From an uncultured Chloroflexia bacterium (lineage in GTDB: Bacteria; Chloroflexota; Limnocylindria; Limnocylindrales; CSP1-4), in the NCBI GenBank assembly GCA_963833225.1, contig CAWHXD010000007.1, positions 480,001 to 544,000 of the forward strand: DNA of 64,000 bases, in the 5' to 3' direction. Position numbers and translations under genes: made by a program. A model generated the notes under the pieces. That model made no database searches, was not told the origin of the DNA, and was given only the letters and a program-made list of their open reading frames with translations. Of the stretch, positions 40,936 through 50,451 are shown in pieces; within the stretch, counting starts at the first letter, position 1, and each line of letters starts with the position of its first letter.

Positions 40936-41700
40936 TCAGGCCTCTCGCCCGAGGCCCATGAACGCGAGAACCTCGGCCCACGCCGCCGTCGAGGCCTCCT
41001 CGAACGCCTCCTGCTTGCGGTCGAAGAACGAATGCGGCGCGCCCGGGTAGGTGATCACGCGGTGCTCGACGCCGGCAGCCCCGAGTGCCGCGTCGAATGC
41101 CTCGACGGACCCTGCGTCGATCCCCTGGTCCGCGCCGCCGAAGATCCCCAGCACCGGTGCCTCGAACGAGCCGGCGACCTCTGCCGGCGCGGGGGTGCCG
41201 TTGCGCGACTGGCCGGTCGGCCACCCATAGAACCCGACGACACCAGCCAGGCCGAGCCCGAACCCATCGCTCAGGAACGCGAGCCGTCCGCCCATGCAGA
41301 AGCCGATCGTGAACACGCGGGTCACGCCCGTTGCCGCCCGGAGCCGCTCCACCGCGGTCGACACATCGGCCCGGAGACCGTCGTACGTCGTCTGCGGCAC
41401 GTGCGACGCCCAGTCGAAGCCGGGTCCGCGGTCGCCGATGCCGGCAGTCCGCCCGAAGTAGTCGATGGCGATCGCGTCGACCCCGTGCTCGGCGAACCGC
41501 AGCGCCAGGTCCCGGTAGTAGCCGTGGAGACCCCGGACATCGGGCAGGACGACCATGCCGGCGCCGCTCGGCTCCGCGGCCCTGGCGAGCCAGGCGGCGA
41601 ACCGGTTGCCGTCCGGGGCCTCGAGGGCGATCTCCGCGGAATCGAGGGAGCCACCCTCGATCGGGGTGATCGGCGGTCTCGAATCGTCGTCGAAGCACAT
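40936..41700 (-). CDS. Dienelactone hydrolase family protein
   Basis: GFCMGG nucleophile elbow; GGADQG; PHSFFD. Confidence 0.92.
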   Translation of the reverse strand: MCFDDDSRPPITPIEGGSLDSAEIALEAPDGNRFAAWLARAAEPSGAGMVVLPDVRGLHGYYRDLALRFAEHGVDAIAIDYFGRTAGIGDRGPGFDWASHVPQTTYDGLRADVSTAVERLRAATGVTRVFTIGFCMGGRLAFLSDGFGLGLAGVVGFYGWPTGQSRNGTPAPAEVAGSFEAPVLGIFGGADQGIDAGSVEAFDAALGAAGVEHRVITYPGAPHSFFDRKQEAFEEASTAAWAEVLAFMGLGREA

Positions 41701-41813
41701 GGATGGGCACCTCCGGGGGCAGCAGGTGCGCTGATTGTGGCGCAGGCGCGCGATGCGTGGCGTGGACCACGCTCCGGGCCGGAATCCGCACCCCCTCTTG
41801 TAGAATGCGAGCC

Positions 41814-43118
41814 ATGCCCAACCCCCTCGTCGTCATGAAGTTCGGCGGCTCGTCCGTCGCCGGCGCCGAGCGCATCAAGCGCGTCGCCCGCCGGATCGCA
41901 CGGGATCGTGCCAACGGGTCCGACCTGGTCGTGATCGTGTCCGCGATGGGCGATACCACCGACGAGCTCCTCGCCCTCGCTGCCGCGATCACCGACGAGC
42001 CGGATGCCCGCGAGCTGGACGTGCTGCTGGCCACCGGCGAGCACCAGAGCGCCACCCTGTTGTCGATGGCCCTGCAATCGATCGGCGTGCCGGCGATCAG
42101 CCTCACCGGTCCCCAGGCCGGCATCACCACCGACGGCCGCTACGGCAAGGCGCGCATCGCCGGCATCGACCCCAGGCGCGTCCGGGCAGAGCTGGCGTCG
42201 GGCAAGGTCGTGATCGTCGCGGGCTTCCAGGGGATGAGCGCGGCGGCCCTCGCGCACATGGAGATCACGCCCTCGGCGAGCGATGTCCACGGCGCCGAGA
42301 TGACGACGCTGGGCCGCGGCGGCTCGGACACCACGGCGGTCGCGCTCGCCGCCCAGCTGCGGGCGGACCGCTGCCAGATCTTCACCGACGTCAAGGGGAT
42401 CTACACCGCGGATCCGCGGATCGCCACCGAGGCGTGCCAGCTCCCGGTCGTCGGCTACGAGGAGATGATGGAGCTCGCCCACCAGGGCGCCCAGGTGATG
42501 CAGGTGCGCGCGGTCGAGCTCGGCTGGGTCAACAACGTCGTCATCGAGGTCCTCAGCTCGTTCGAGGACGCTCCCGGAACGCAGATCAGGGAGGACCCGC
42601 TCGTGGAGCAGCGGAACAAGGTCCGGGGGATCGCCCACGACCGCAACGTCGCCAAGGTCACCCTGGTGGACGTGCCCGACAAGCCGGGTGTCGCCCGCGG
42701 GGTGTTCGGCCCGCTGGCCGAGGACGGCATCAACGTGGACATGATCGTCCAGAACGTCGGCCACGGAGGCTCGACAGACCTGTCGTTCACCATCCCTCGC
42801 GTGGAGCTCGCGAAGGCCAAGCGGATCCTGGATCCCCTCGTCCGCGAGCTCGGCTTCCGCGACATGACCACGGACTCGGCGGTGGCCAAGGTGTCGATCG
42901 TCGGTGCCGGCATCCACAACGCGCCGGGTTATGCGGCGACGATGTTCGGGACGCTCGCCGATGCCGGGATCAACATCGAGATGATCTCGACATCCGAGAT
43001 CCGGATCACCACCATCATCTCGGAGGACCGGGTGGAGGAGGCGGTGCGCGCGCTCCACGCGGCCTTCCAGCTGGAGCGGCCGGAGAGCGTCGAGGCGGCC
43101 GGCGCTGCCGCGAGCTGA
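41814..43118 (+). CDS. lysC: Aspartate kinase
   Basis: MKFGGSSV, SAMGDTTD, TTLGRGGSDTT, two ACT domains; TAGAAT seven nt before ATG. Confidence 0.97.
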   Translation: MPNPLVVMKFGGSSVAGAERIKRVARRIARDRANGSDLVVIVSAMGDTTDELLALAAAITDEPDARELDVLLATGEHQSATLLSMALQSIGVPAISLTGPQAGITTDGRYGKARIAGIDPRRVRAELASGKVVIVAGFQGMSAAALAHMEITPSASDVHGAEMTTLGRGGSDTTAVALAAQLRADRCQIFTDVKGIYTADPRIATEACQLPVVGYEEMMELAHQGAQVMQVRAVELGWVNNVVIEVLSSFEDAPGTQIREDPLVEQRNKVRGIAHDRNVAKVTLVDVPDKPGVARGVFGPLAEDGINVDMIVQNVGHGGSTDLSFTIPRVELAKAKRILDPLVRELGFRDMTTDSAVAKVSIVGAGIHNAPGYAATMFGTLADAGINIEMISTSEIRITTIISEDRVEEAVRALHAAFQLERPESVEAAGAAAS

Positions 43119-43128
43119 CGGCGCCAGG

Positions 43129-44034
43129 GTGGCCGACGCCGTCTCCGCCAGGGCGATCCTGAGCCGCGTCGAGCGGTTCGCGTCGATCGGCAGCACCAAC
43201 GACAAGGTCCGGGAGTGGCTGATGGACGCCGCGCCCGAGGTCTGCCTCGCCGTCGCCGATGCGCAGACGGCGGGCCGGGGACGATTCGACCGCGTCTGGA
43301 CAGCGCCCGCGGGCGCCGCGCTGCTGCTCTCGCTCGGCTTCCGGCCCACGTGGCTGGCACCCGACCGGACGTGGCGCCTGGCGGCGACCGTCGCGCTCGC
43401 GATGTGCGATGCGGCCGAGGACACGGCTGGGCTGCCGGTGGGCGCGGTCCGTCTCAAGTGGCCGAACGACCTGGTGATCGAGGTCGCCGGACCGAACGCG
43501 CTGCTGACCGGCGCGAACACCCCGGGCGAGGCCGCCGCGCGCCTCGGCGGCCCGTTGGAGCTGCGCAAGCTGGCCGGCCTCCTGGGCGAGACCGATGGCC
43601 TCGGAACGGACAGCCCGCGGGTCGTCGTGGGCATCGGCATCAACGCGGACTGGGAGCGGGTCGACTTCCCGCCCGATCTTGCGCACGCGATGACCAGCCT
43701 GCGCGAAGCGTCGGGCGGCCGCCCGATCGACCGCGAGCTGCTGCTCGAGTCGTTCCTGGACCATCTCGAGGCCCGCCTCGCTGCACTGCGGGCCGGCTTC
43801 TTCGACATCGCTGTCTGGACCTCTCGCCAGGCGACGAACGGCCGGCTGGTGACGCTCGAGGCCGGCGACGGGTCGGCATCGGAACCGCTGGTCGCCATGG
43901 GCGTGGACGCGTCGAGCGGCGCGCTCGTGCTCGAGGACGACTCCGTCAGCGGCGGCGAGCGCCATGTTCACGCCGGCGAGCTGATCCGGGTCCGCCTGGC
44001 GTCATCCGGGCAGGCACCACGGGACGGGGTGTAA
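43129..44034 (+). CDS. birA: Biotin-[acetyl-CoA carboxylase] ligase (no HTH)
   Basis: STND, QTAGRGR, KWPND, RKLAGLL, GIGIN. Confidence 0.93.
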   Translation: MADAVSARAILSRVERFASIGSTNDKVREWLMDAAPEVCLAVADAQTAGRGRFDRVWTAPAGAALLLSLGFRPTWLAPDRTWRLAATVALAMCDAAEDTAGLPVGAVRLKWPNDLVIEVAGPNALLTGANTPGEAAARLGGPLELRKLAGLLGETDGLGTDSPRVVVGIGINADWERVDFPPDLAHAMTSLREASGGRPIDRELLLESFLDHLEARLAALRAGFFDIAVWTSRQATNGRLVTLEAGDGSASEPLVAMGVDASSGALVLEDDSVSGGERHVHAGELIRVRLASSGQAPRDGV

Positions 44035-44054
44035 CGACATGGCCCGCGCGGTGT

Positions 44055-44687
44055 TTGGAAGCCAGTGAGCGTCAGACGGGAACCGTCGTCGTCCTCGATC
44101 GTGATCGTTTCCTCGTCGAGACCGCGCGCCGGGATCCTGCCCAGTTCGACGCCCTGTACCGGAAGTACCTCGCCCAGGTGTACAGCTTCGCCCTCTACGA
44201 GCTCGCGGACCATCACGCCGCCGAGGATGCCACCGAGCGCACGTTCCTCCGTGCGCTGGCGGCGCTTCCCCGGTTTCGCGAGCAGGCGCGCCCCGAGGAC
44301 GGCCCCGAGGCTTCCTCGTTCCGTGTCTGGCTGTTCCGGATCGCCCGCAACGTCGTGGCCAACGAGCGCCGGGCCAGGCGCCGCCGCCCGGCCGAGTCGC
44401 TGGATCTCGCCCTGGGCGCCGGCCTCGCCCTTGCGGACGGCACGGACCTCGAGGCGCAGGCCGTGACCCACGACCAGGCGTCCGAGGCGCTTCGAGCGCT
44501 CCGGGCGCTCCCCGACGACCGGCGCCGCGCCCTCACGCTGCGCTTCGTGGAGGAGATGAGCACCGCCGAGATCGCCGGGGTGCTGGGCCGGTCGGAGGGC
44601 GCCGTGCGAGTCCTGATCCACCGGGCGCTGGGCGCCGTCGCCCGCGAGCTCGGCCACGACCGCGGCTCGCGGGGGTCAGGCTCGTGA
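44055..44687 (+). CDS. ECF sigma-70 factor
   Basis: FDALY, AEDATERTF, FRVWLFRIARN (region 2); LRFVEEMSTAEIAGVLGRSEGAVRVLIHRA (region 4); TTG start inferred. Confidence 0.9.
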   Translation: MEASERQTGTVVVLDRDRFLVETARRDPAQFDALYRKYLAQVYSFALYELADHHAAEDATERTFLRALAALPRFREQARPEDGPEASSFRVWLFRIARNVVANERRARRRRPAESLDLALGAGLALADGTDLEAQAVTHDQASEALRALRALPDDRRRALTLRFVEEMSTAEIAGVLGRSEGAVRVLIHRALGAVARELGHDRGSRGSGS

Positions 44688-45302
44688 GCGCGCTGCGACT
44701 GCCGGACCGCGACGGAGACCAGGTTGATGCCCTGGTGGCGGATCGGTACCTCGACGCGCTTCTCGCCGCCGGCGACCGGCGCGCGCTGGACGCGCCGGCG
44801 GACGCGGCGCTGGATGCGGAGCTCCGAGACACCGCCCGCGTCCTGCGCCGCTCGCTCGTGCGTGTTCACCCCTCGTTCCGGTTCGAGGAGCGACTCGCGA
44901 ATCGCCTCTCGGACCTTGCCGCGGCCCAGGCTCGTGCCGGCTCGGCCGGCGCCGGTCGTGGAGCGACGATCCGGTTCCCGGGCGGGCCCGGGGCGGCGGA
45001 CACCGTCCTCGACGCGGACCCGCTGCTGGCGGCGATCCTTGCCGGCGACCTGGATCCCGACCGACGAGACCGCCATCGACCACGCCGGGCCGATGGGGTC
45101 TGGCCGTCGCCCGCTGCTGGTCGGCGGCGCCGCGATCACGTCGGCGGCGCTCTCGATCGTCGGCGTCGCCATCGTCGCCTGGCGCGCCTCTCGACCGGCA
45201 TCCCGGTCCGCGACGGCGGGCGCCATGGCCCGCGCCGCCCGGACCGCACACGCGCGCCGGGCCGCGGCCCTCGCCGCTGTCCTCAGCGGAGGTCATGCCT
45301 GA
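44684..45302 (+). CDS. Putative single-pass membrane anti-sigma factor; +1 frameshift near 45058
   Basis: Overlaps ECF stop; PSFRFEERL motif typical of anti-sigma N-domains; TM LLVGGAAITSAALSIVGVAIVAWR in the shifted frame; stop overlaps accD ATG. Confidence 0.65.
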
Positions 45303-46154
45303 TGCCCGTCAAGTTCCCGCAGTTCCGGTCCCGCCGGGACGCGATGCCGGACAAGATGTGGACCCGATGCCCCTCCTGCGAGGAGCAGCTGTTCAACAAG
45401 CACCTCGAGAAGGCGCTCAACGTGTGCCCCTCGTGTGGGCATCATTTCCGGCTCTCCGCCCCGGTCCGCCTCGGCCAGCTGCTGGACGAGAGCACGTTCC
45501 AGGAGCGCGATCCGGGGCTGGTCAGCCTTGACCCCCTCGGGTTCACGGACCAGAAGCCGTACCCGGACCGCCTCGCCGCCGCGCAGCTCGCGACCGGCCT
45601 CAAGGACGCGGCGGTCTGGGGATACGGGACGATCGAGGGACAGCGCATCGCGATCCTGGTCATGGACTTCGGCTTCATGGGCGGCTCGATGGGGGCGGTC
45701 GTCGGGGAGAAGGTCGCGCGGGCCGCCGAGGGGGCCCTCGCCGAGCGCGTGCCGCTGGTCATCGTCTCCGCCTCGGGCGGGGCCCGGATGCAGGAAGGGA
45801 CGATGGCGCTGATGCAGCTGGCCAAGACGATGGCGGCCCTGGAGCGGCTCCGCGCCGCCGGTCTGCCGTACGTGTCCGTGATGAGCGACCCGACCACGGG
45901 CGGGGTCTTCGCCTCCTATGCCGTGATGGGCGACGTGAACCTCGCCGAGCCCAACGCCCTGATCGGCTTTGCCGGCGCGCGCGTTGGCGCCGGGACCATC
46001 GGCCAGGAGCTGCCGCCGGGCTTCCAGCGCTCCGAGTTCCTGTTCCGGCACGGCTTCGTGGACCGGATCATCGCCCGCCCCGATCTCCGGGGCGAGCTCG
46101 CCAGGATCCTTCGCTACCTCGCTCCCCAGCCAGGTGGAGGCCGGCCGTGGTTGA
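45302..46154 (+). CDS. accD: Acetyl-CoA carboxylase carboxyltransferase beta; +1 indel near 46125 hides the stop at 46152-46154
   Basis: WTRCPSC...CPSCGHH zinc finger, FMGGSMG, SGGARMQEG, TTGGV, GFAGARV. Confidence 0.95.
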
Positions 46155-47172
46155 CCGTCTCCTGGGCCGCAAGGACAACGCCCCCGAGCCGGTTGCGGTC
46201 CCCGAGCCCGCCACCTCCGCCGAACGCAAGGCCGAGGTCTGGAGCCGGGTCCAGCTGGCGCGCAACCTGCGCCGCCCCCGGATCCTGGATCTGCTCGCGG
46301 TCATGGCGGACGAGTTCGTCGAACTCCACGGGGATCGCTTGTTCGGGGACGACGAGGCGATCGTGGCCGGGTTCGCGATCATCGGCGGCCACCGCGTCGC
46401 GGTCGTCGGCCAGCAGAAGGGCGCCGATACCGAGGAGAACGTCCGGCGCAACTTCGGGATGCCGCACCCGGAGGGCTACCGCAAGGCGATGCGGATCATG
46501 GAGCTCGCCGAGCGATCAGGCCTCCCGGTCGTGACGTTCGTGGACGTGCCAGGCGCACACCCGGGCGCCGAGAGCGAGGAGCGGGGGATTGCCGATGCGA
46601 TCGCCCGGTCCGTGGGTCTGATGACCCGCCTCCGGACCCCGATCGTGACCGTGATCACGGGCGAAGGGGGCTCGGGCGGCGCCCTCGCGATCGCCGTCGG
46701 CGACGTCGTCCTGGCGCTCGAAAACGCGGTGTATGCGGTCATCAGCCCCGAGGGATGCGCGAGCATCCTGTGGCGCACCACCGACGAGGCCGCCTCGGCT
46801 GCCTTCGCCATGCGCATGACCGCGCAGGACCAGCAGGTGCTGGGCGTCGTGGACCAGGTCATCGCGGAACCCGACGATGGGGCGCACACGGACCCCGTCG
46901 AGACCGGCCGGCGCCTCAAGAAGGCCGTGGTGGCCGAGCTGGATCGCCTCACGGCCATCCCCGTCGACGTGCTGCTCGACCAGCGCTATCGTCGATATCG
47001 GGCCCTTGGCCCGTACACCGAGATCGCCGCGCCACCCCAGGTCCCGCCGGCACCGCCCCGCCAGGGCTTTGCCGATCGCCTCCGCGGTCTGATCGAAGCC
47101 GGCCAGCGGGCGATGCCCGCGCCCCTGCCCGTTGGACGCCGGCAGGATCCCCCCGCGCGCGAGGACGTCTAG
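46147..47172 (+). CDS. accA: Acetyl-CoA carboxylase carboxyltransferase alpha
   Basis: ELHGDR, NFGMPHPEGYRKA, GEGGSGGA, VISPEGCASILW; SD ggagg before GTG. Confidence 0.96.
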   Translation: MVDRLLGRKDNAPEPVAVPEPATSAERKAEVWSRVQLARNLRRPRILDLLAVMADEFVELHGDRLFGDDEAIVAGFAIIGGHRVAVVGQQKGADTEENVRRNFGMPHPEGYRKAMRIMELAERSGLPVVTFVDVPGAHPGAESEERGIADAIARSVGLMTRLRTPIVTVITGEGGSGGALAIAVGDVVLALENAVYAVISPEGCASILWRTTDEAASAAFAMRMTAQDQQVLGVVDQVIAEPDDGAHTDPVETGRRLKKAVVAELDRLTAIPVDVLLDQRYRRYRALGPYTEIAAPPQVPPAPPRQGFADRLRGLIEAGQRAMPAPLPVGRRQDPPAREDV

Positions 47173-47175
47173 CTC

Positions 47176-47747
47176 ATGCCCGAACCCCGTCACTCGAGCG
47201 ACCGGACCGCCGCCCAGCGGCGCGCGGATCACGAAGGCCTCGCCCGGCTGTCCGAGACGCTCGTGCCCGCGCTCATCGCCAAGCTCGACGTGTCGGGCCT
47301 CGGTGAGCTGGAGGTCCGCGAGGGCGACTGGAGGATCCGGCTGCGCCGCCCCGCGGGCACCACGCCGGCCCGACGTGAACGGCCTCGAACCGGCGCCCTG
47401 ATGGGCGGCGCTCCTGCCGCCGCCCGCACGCCCGTGGCCGGTGATCCCGTCGAGCCGCGCGATCCACACCGGGTCTCGGCCACCGCGCCGGCCGTCGGCG
47501 TGTTCCGCACCGTCGGCAAGATCGGCGGCCGCGTCCGGTTGCGGGCGACCGGATCGGCGTGGTCGATCTGCTGGGCATTCCCCAGGACGTGGCGGCACCG
47601 GTCGACGGCATCCTCGTGGAGTTCCTGGTCGAGAGCGGGGAGCCCGTCGAGTACGGCGAGGAGGTGGCGGTCGTGGCGGAGCCGGTCGTGGACCGGATCG
47701 GCGGCGACCCCGCTGGCGGCGCGACCACCGCGGACGGGGAGGGCTGA
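47176..47747 (+). CDS. BCCP-like protein lacking the biotinylation lysine (BADC-like); frameshift near 47538
   Basis: BCCP N-terminus (LDVSGLGELEVREGDWRIRLRR), Pro/Ala linker, biotinyl barrel APAVGVF...GDRIGVVDLLGIPQDVAAPVDG...GEPVEYG; DLLG replaces EAMK. Confidence 0.8.
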
Positions 47748-47749
47748 CG

Positions 47750-49122
47750 ATGGTCTCCCGTGTCCTGATCGCCAACCGCGGCGAGATCGCCCTGCGGATC
47801 CTGCGGGCGTGCCGGACCCTTGGCCTCGAGGCCGTGGTCGCCTACTCCGAGGCGGACCGCGCTTCACTGCCCGCGATGATCGCCGACGAGGCGATCTGCA
47901 TCGGGCCGGCTGACGCCCGCCGCTCGTATCTCTCGGCCCCCGCCATCATCTCGGCGGCCCTCGTGACGGGCTGCGACGCGATCCACCCGGGCTACGGGTT
48001 CCTGTCCGAGGACGACGCCTTCGCCGACGCCGTCCGCGCCCACGGGCTGACGTTCATCGGTCCCAGCGCCCCGGTGCTGGAGCGGTTCGCGTCCAAGGAG
48101 GAGACGCGGCGGCTGCTGGCCGCAGCACGGCCTGCCCACGATCCCTGGCTCAGGGCTCCTCGTGGACGAGCAGCAGGCGCTCGACGAGGCCGAGCGGATC
48201 GGCTACCCGGTCCTCCTCAAGCCGTCCGCCGGTGGCGGCGGCAAGGGCATGCGGATGGTCCGCTCGCCCCGCGAGCTGGCGGCGGTCCTCCCGATCTGCC
48301 GCTCCGAGGCCAGGGCAGCCTTCGGTGACGACTCGCTGTACCTCGAGAAGTGGCTCGAGGACAACAGGCACGTCGAGATCCAGGTGGCCGTGGACCGCTT
48401 CGGGCGCGGCGTCCACCTCTGGGAGCGTGACTGCTCGGTCCAGCGGCGTCACCAGAAGATCCTCGAGGAATCGCCCTCGCCGGCGATGACCGCGGCCGGC
48501 CGGGCCGAGCTCGCCGAGCGGGCCATCCGCGCCGTGGTCGCGGCCGGCTACGAGAACGTGGGCACGCTCGAGTTCCTCGTCGATGCCGAGGGCAGCGCCT
48601 TCTTCATCGAGATCAACTGCAGGATCCAGGTGGAGCATCCGGTGACCGAGATGCTGACGGGCATCGACCTCGTGGCGCTCCAGATCCGGATCGCGTCCGG
48701 CGAGCCCCTCGGCCTCACTCAGGCCGACATCCCGCAGCGCGGCCACGCGATCGAGTTCCGGATCAACGCCGAGGACCCGGAACACGACTTCCGGCCCGGC
48801 GCCGGGACCATCGAGCGGTTCAACGCGCCCGGCGGGCCGGGTGTCCGGTTCGACAGCCACGCCTATGCCGGGTACGAGGTCCCGCCCTACTACGACTCGC
48901 TGCTGGGCAAGCTGGTGGTCTGGGGTCCCACCCGGGAGGCCGCGATCGCCCGCGGCCGGGCCGCCCTCAGCGAGCTCGTGACCGACGGCGTGGTGACGAA
49001 CGCCTCGATCCATCGCGCCATCCTCGTCGTCCGAGCCGTTTCTGGAGGGCCGGTTCACCACCAACCTGCTCGACCGGATCGGCAGCGCCGCCTTCCTCGC
49101 GGCCGAGGAGCGCGCGTCGTGA
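47750..49122 (+). CDS. accC: Biotin carboxylase; +1 frameshifts near 48125 and 49025 (probable errors)
   Basis: LIANRGEIA, HPGYGFLSE, GGGGKGM, RDCSVQRRHQK, RIQVEHPVTE, YYDSL. Confidence 0.95.
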
Positions 49123-49204
49123 GTTGCACCCCTGCACGCAACGGCGAGCCTGCCGCGTGCGCGAACCACCACACTGCCAGCTGACCCAGACCTTGGAGCC
49201 CCCC

Positions 49205-49708
49205 GTGACCGATGCCAACCCCACCAGCAACGCCTCGCCGGACGCCACGCCGCCCCTCGCCGCCCCGTTCTCCGTCAGTGATATCCAGGGCCTGATCCCG
49301 CACCGCTGGCCGTTCCTGCTGGTGGACCGGATCGTCGAGTACGAGCCGGAGGAGAAGCGGATCGTTGGCATCAAGGCCGTGACCGCGACCGAGTGGTTCT
49401 TCCAGGGGCACTTCCCGGGCCTGCCAGTCATGCCGGGTGTCATCCAGGTCGAGGCGCTGGCGCAGACGATGGCCGTCTACGTCTCCAGCCAGCCGGGCTT
49501 CGGTGACCGGATCGGGCTGTTTGCCGGGATCGACGAGGTCCGCTTCAAGCGGGTCGTGGTGCCCGGCGACACGCTCCGGCTCGAGATCACGATGGAGAAG
49601 CTGGGCAGCCGCTTTGGCAAGGGCCGGGGCGTGGCTTCGGTGAACGGGGAGGTGGCCTGCGAAGGGCTGCTGTCGTTCGTCATCCCGCCGGCCGGGGTCC
49701 TGCGGTGA
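49205..49708 (+). CDS. fabZ: 3-hydroxyacyl-ACP dehydratase
   Basis: IPHRWPFLLVD, FFQGHFP, MPGVIQVEALAQ. Confidence 0.95.
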   Translation: MTDANPTSNASPDATPPLAAPFSVSDIQGLIPHRWPFLLVDRIVEYEPEEKRIVGIKAVTATEWFFQGHFPGLPVMPGVIQVEALAQTMAVYVSSQPGFGDRIGLFAGIDEVRFKRVVVPGDTLRLEITMEKLGSRFGKGRGVASVNGEVACEGLLSFVIPPAGVLR

Positions 49709-50451
49709 CCCGGATCGCGATCCTGTCCGACGTCCACGGCAACTCGGTTGCCCTGGAGGCCGTGCTCAAGGAGCTCAAGCGCGAGAAGCCGGACTTCGTG
49801 CTCGTCGCCGGCGACCTCGTCCTCAACGGGCCGGACCCCAATGGCACGATCGACGCGCTGCGCGGCCTCGAGGGCGACGGCGGGATCATCGTGTCCGGCA
49901 ATACCGACATCGCGGTCGGGGACTTCGACTACGGGTCGGCGTTTCCGCAGTACCAGGATGGCGTGCCCGACACCGTCACCGCGGCCACCGAGTGGGCGCA
50001 TGACGAGCTGGGTGACGCGCAGCTGGACTGGCTCCGGCGGCTCCCGGCGGAGCGGCGCATCCGGGCCGGTGACGACCAGCTGGTGCTCGTCGTCCACGCG
50101 TCGCCCGGGTCGCAGACGCGTGGCTTCGACCAGACGCTGGAGGCGAACATCATCTTCGAGCGCGCGGCAGCGACCGATGCCCGGGTGATCTGCGTCGGGC
50201 ACACCCACCTGCCCGAGGTGCGCGACCTGGGCTGGAAGGTGATCGTCAACGACGGCTCGGCAGGCTTCGTGTTCGACGGCGACCCGACCGCGTCGTGGGC
50301 GATGGTGACCATCGATGGCACCGAGGTGGCCGCCGAGATCCGGCGCACCGAGTTCGACGTGCTCTCCGTGGCCAACGCGATCAGCGCCCGCGGTCTGCCG
50401 GGTGACGTCTACCGCGCCGCGACGGTGCGCACGGGGAAGCTGGTCCGATGA
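49705..50451 (+). CDS. Calcineurin-like metallophosphoesterase
   Basis: SDVHGN, GDLV, GNTD, VHAS, GHTH, NDGS. Confidence 0.92.
   Translation: MTRIAILSDVHGNSVALEAVLKELKREKPDFVLVAGDLVLNGPDPNGTIDALRGLEGDGGIIVSGNTDIAVGDFDYGSAFPQYQDGVPDTVTAATEWAHDELGDAQLDWLRRLPAERRIRAGDDQLVLVVHASPGSQTRGFDQTLEANIIFERAAATDARVICVGHTHLPEVRDLGWKVIVNDGSAGFVFDGDPTASWAMVTIDGTEVAAEIRRTEFDVLSVANAISARGLPGDVYRAATVRTGKLVR

Noticed and set aside
44684-46534. Apparent 616-aa anti-sigma-AccD fusion in the ORF track
   Set aside because: Artefact of two +1 indels (about 45058 and 46125); correcting them gives separate genes with their own SD and overlapping stop/start
45302-47172. AccD-AccA fusion or programmed frameshift
   Set aside because: accA has its own ggagg SD and GTG; removing one base ends accD at 46154
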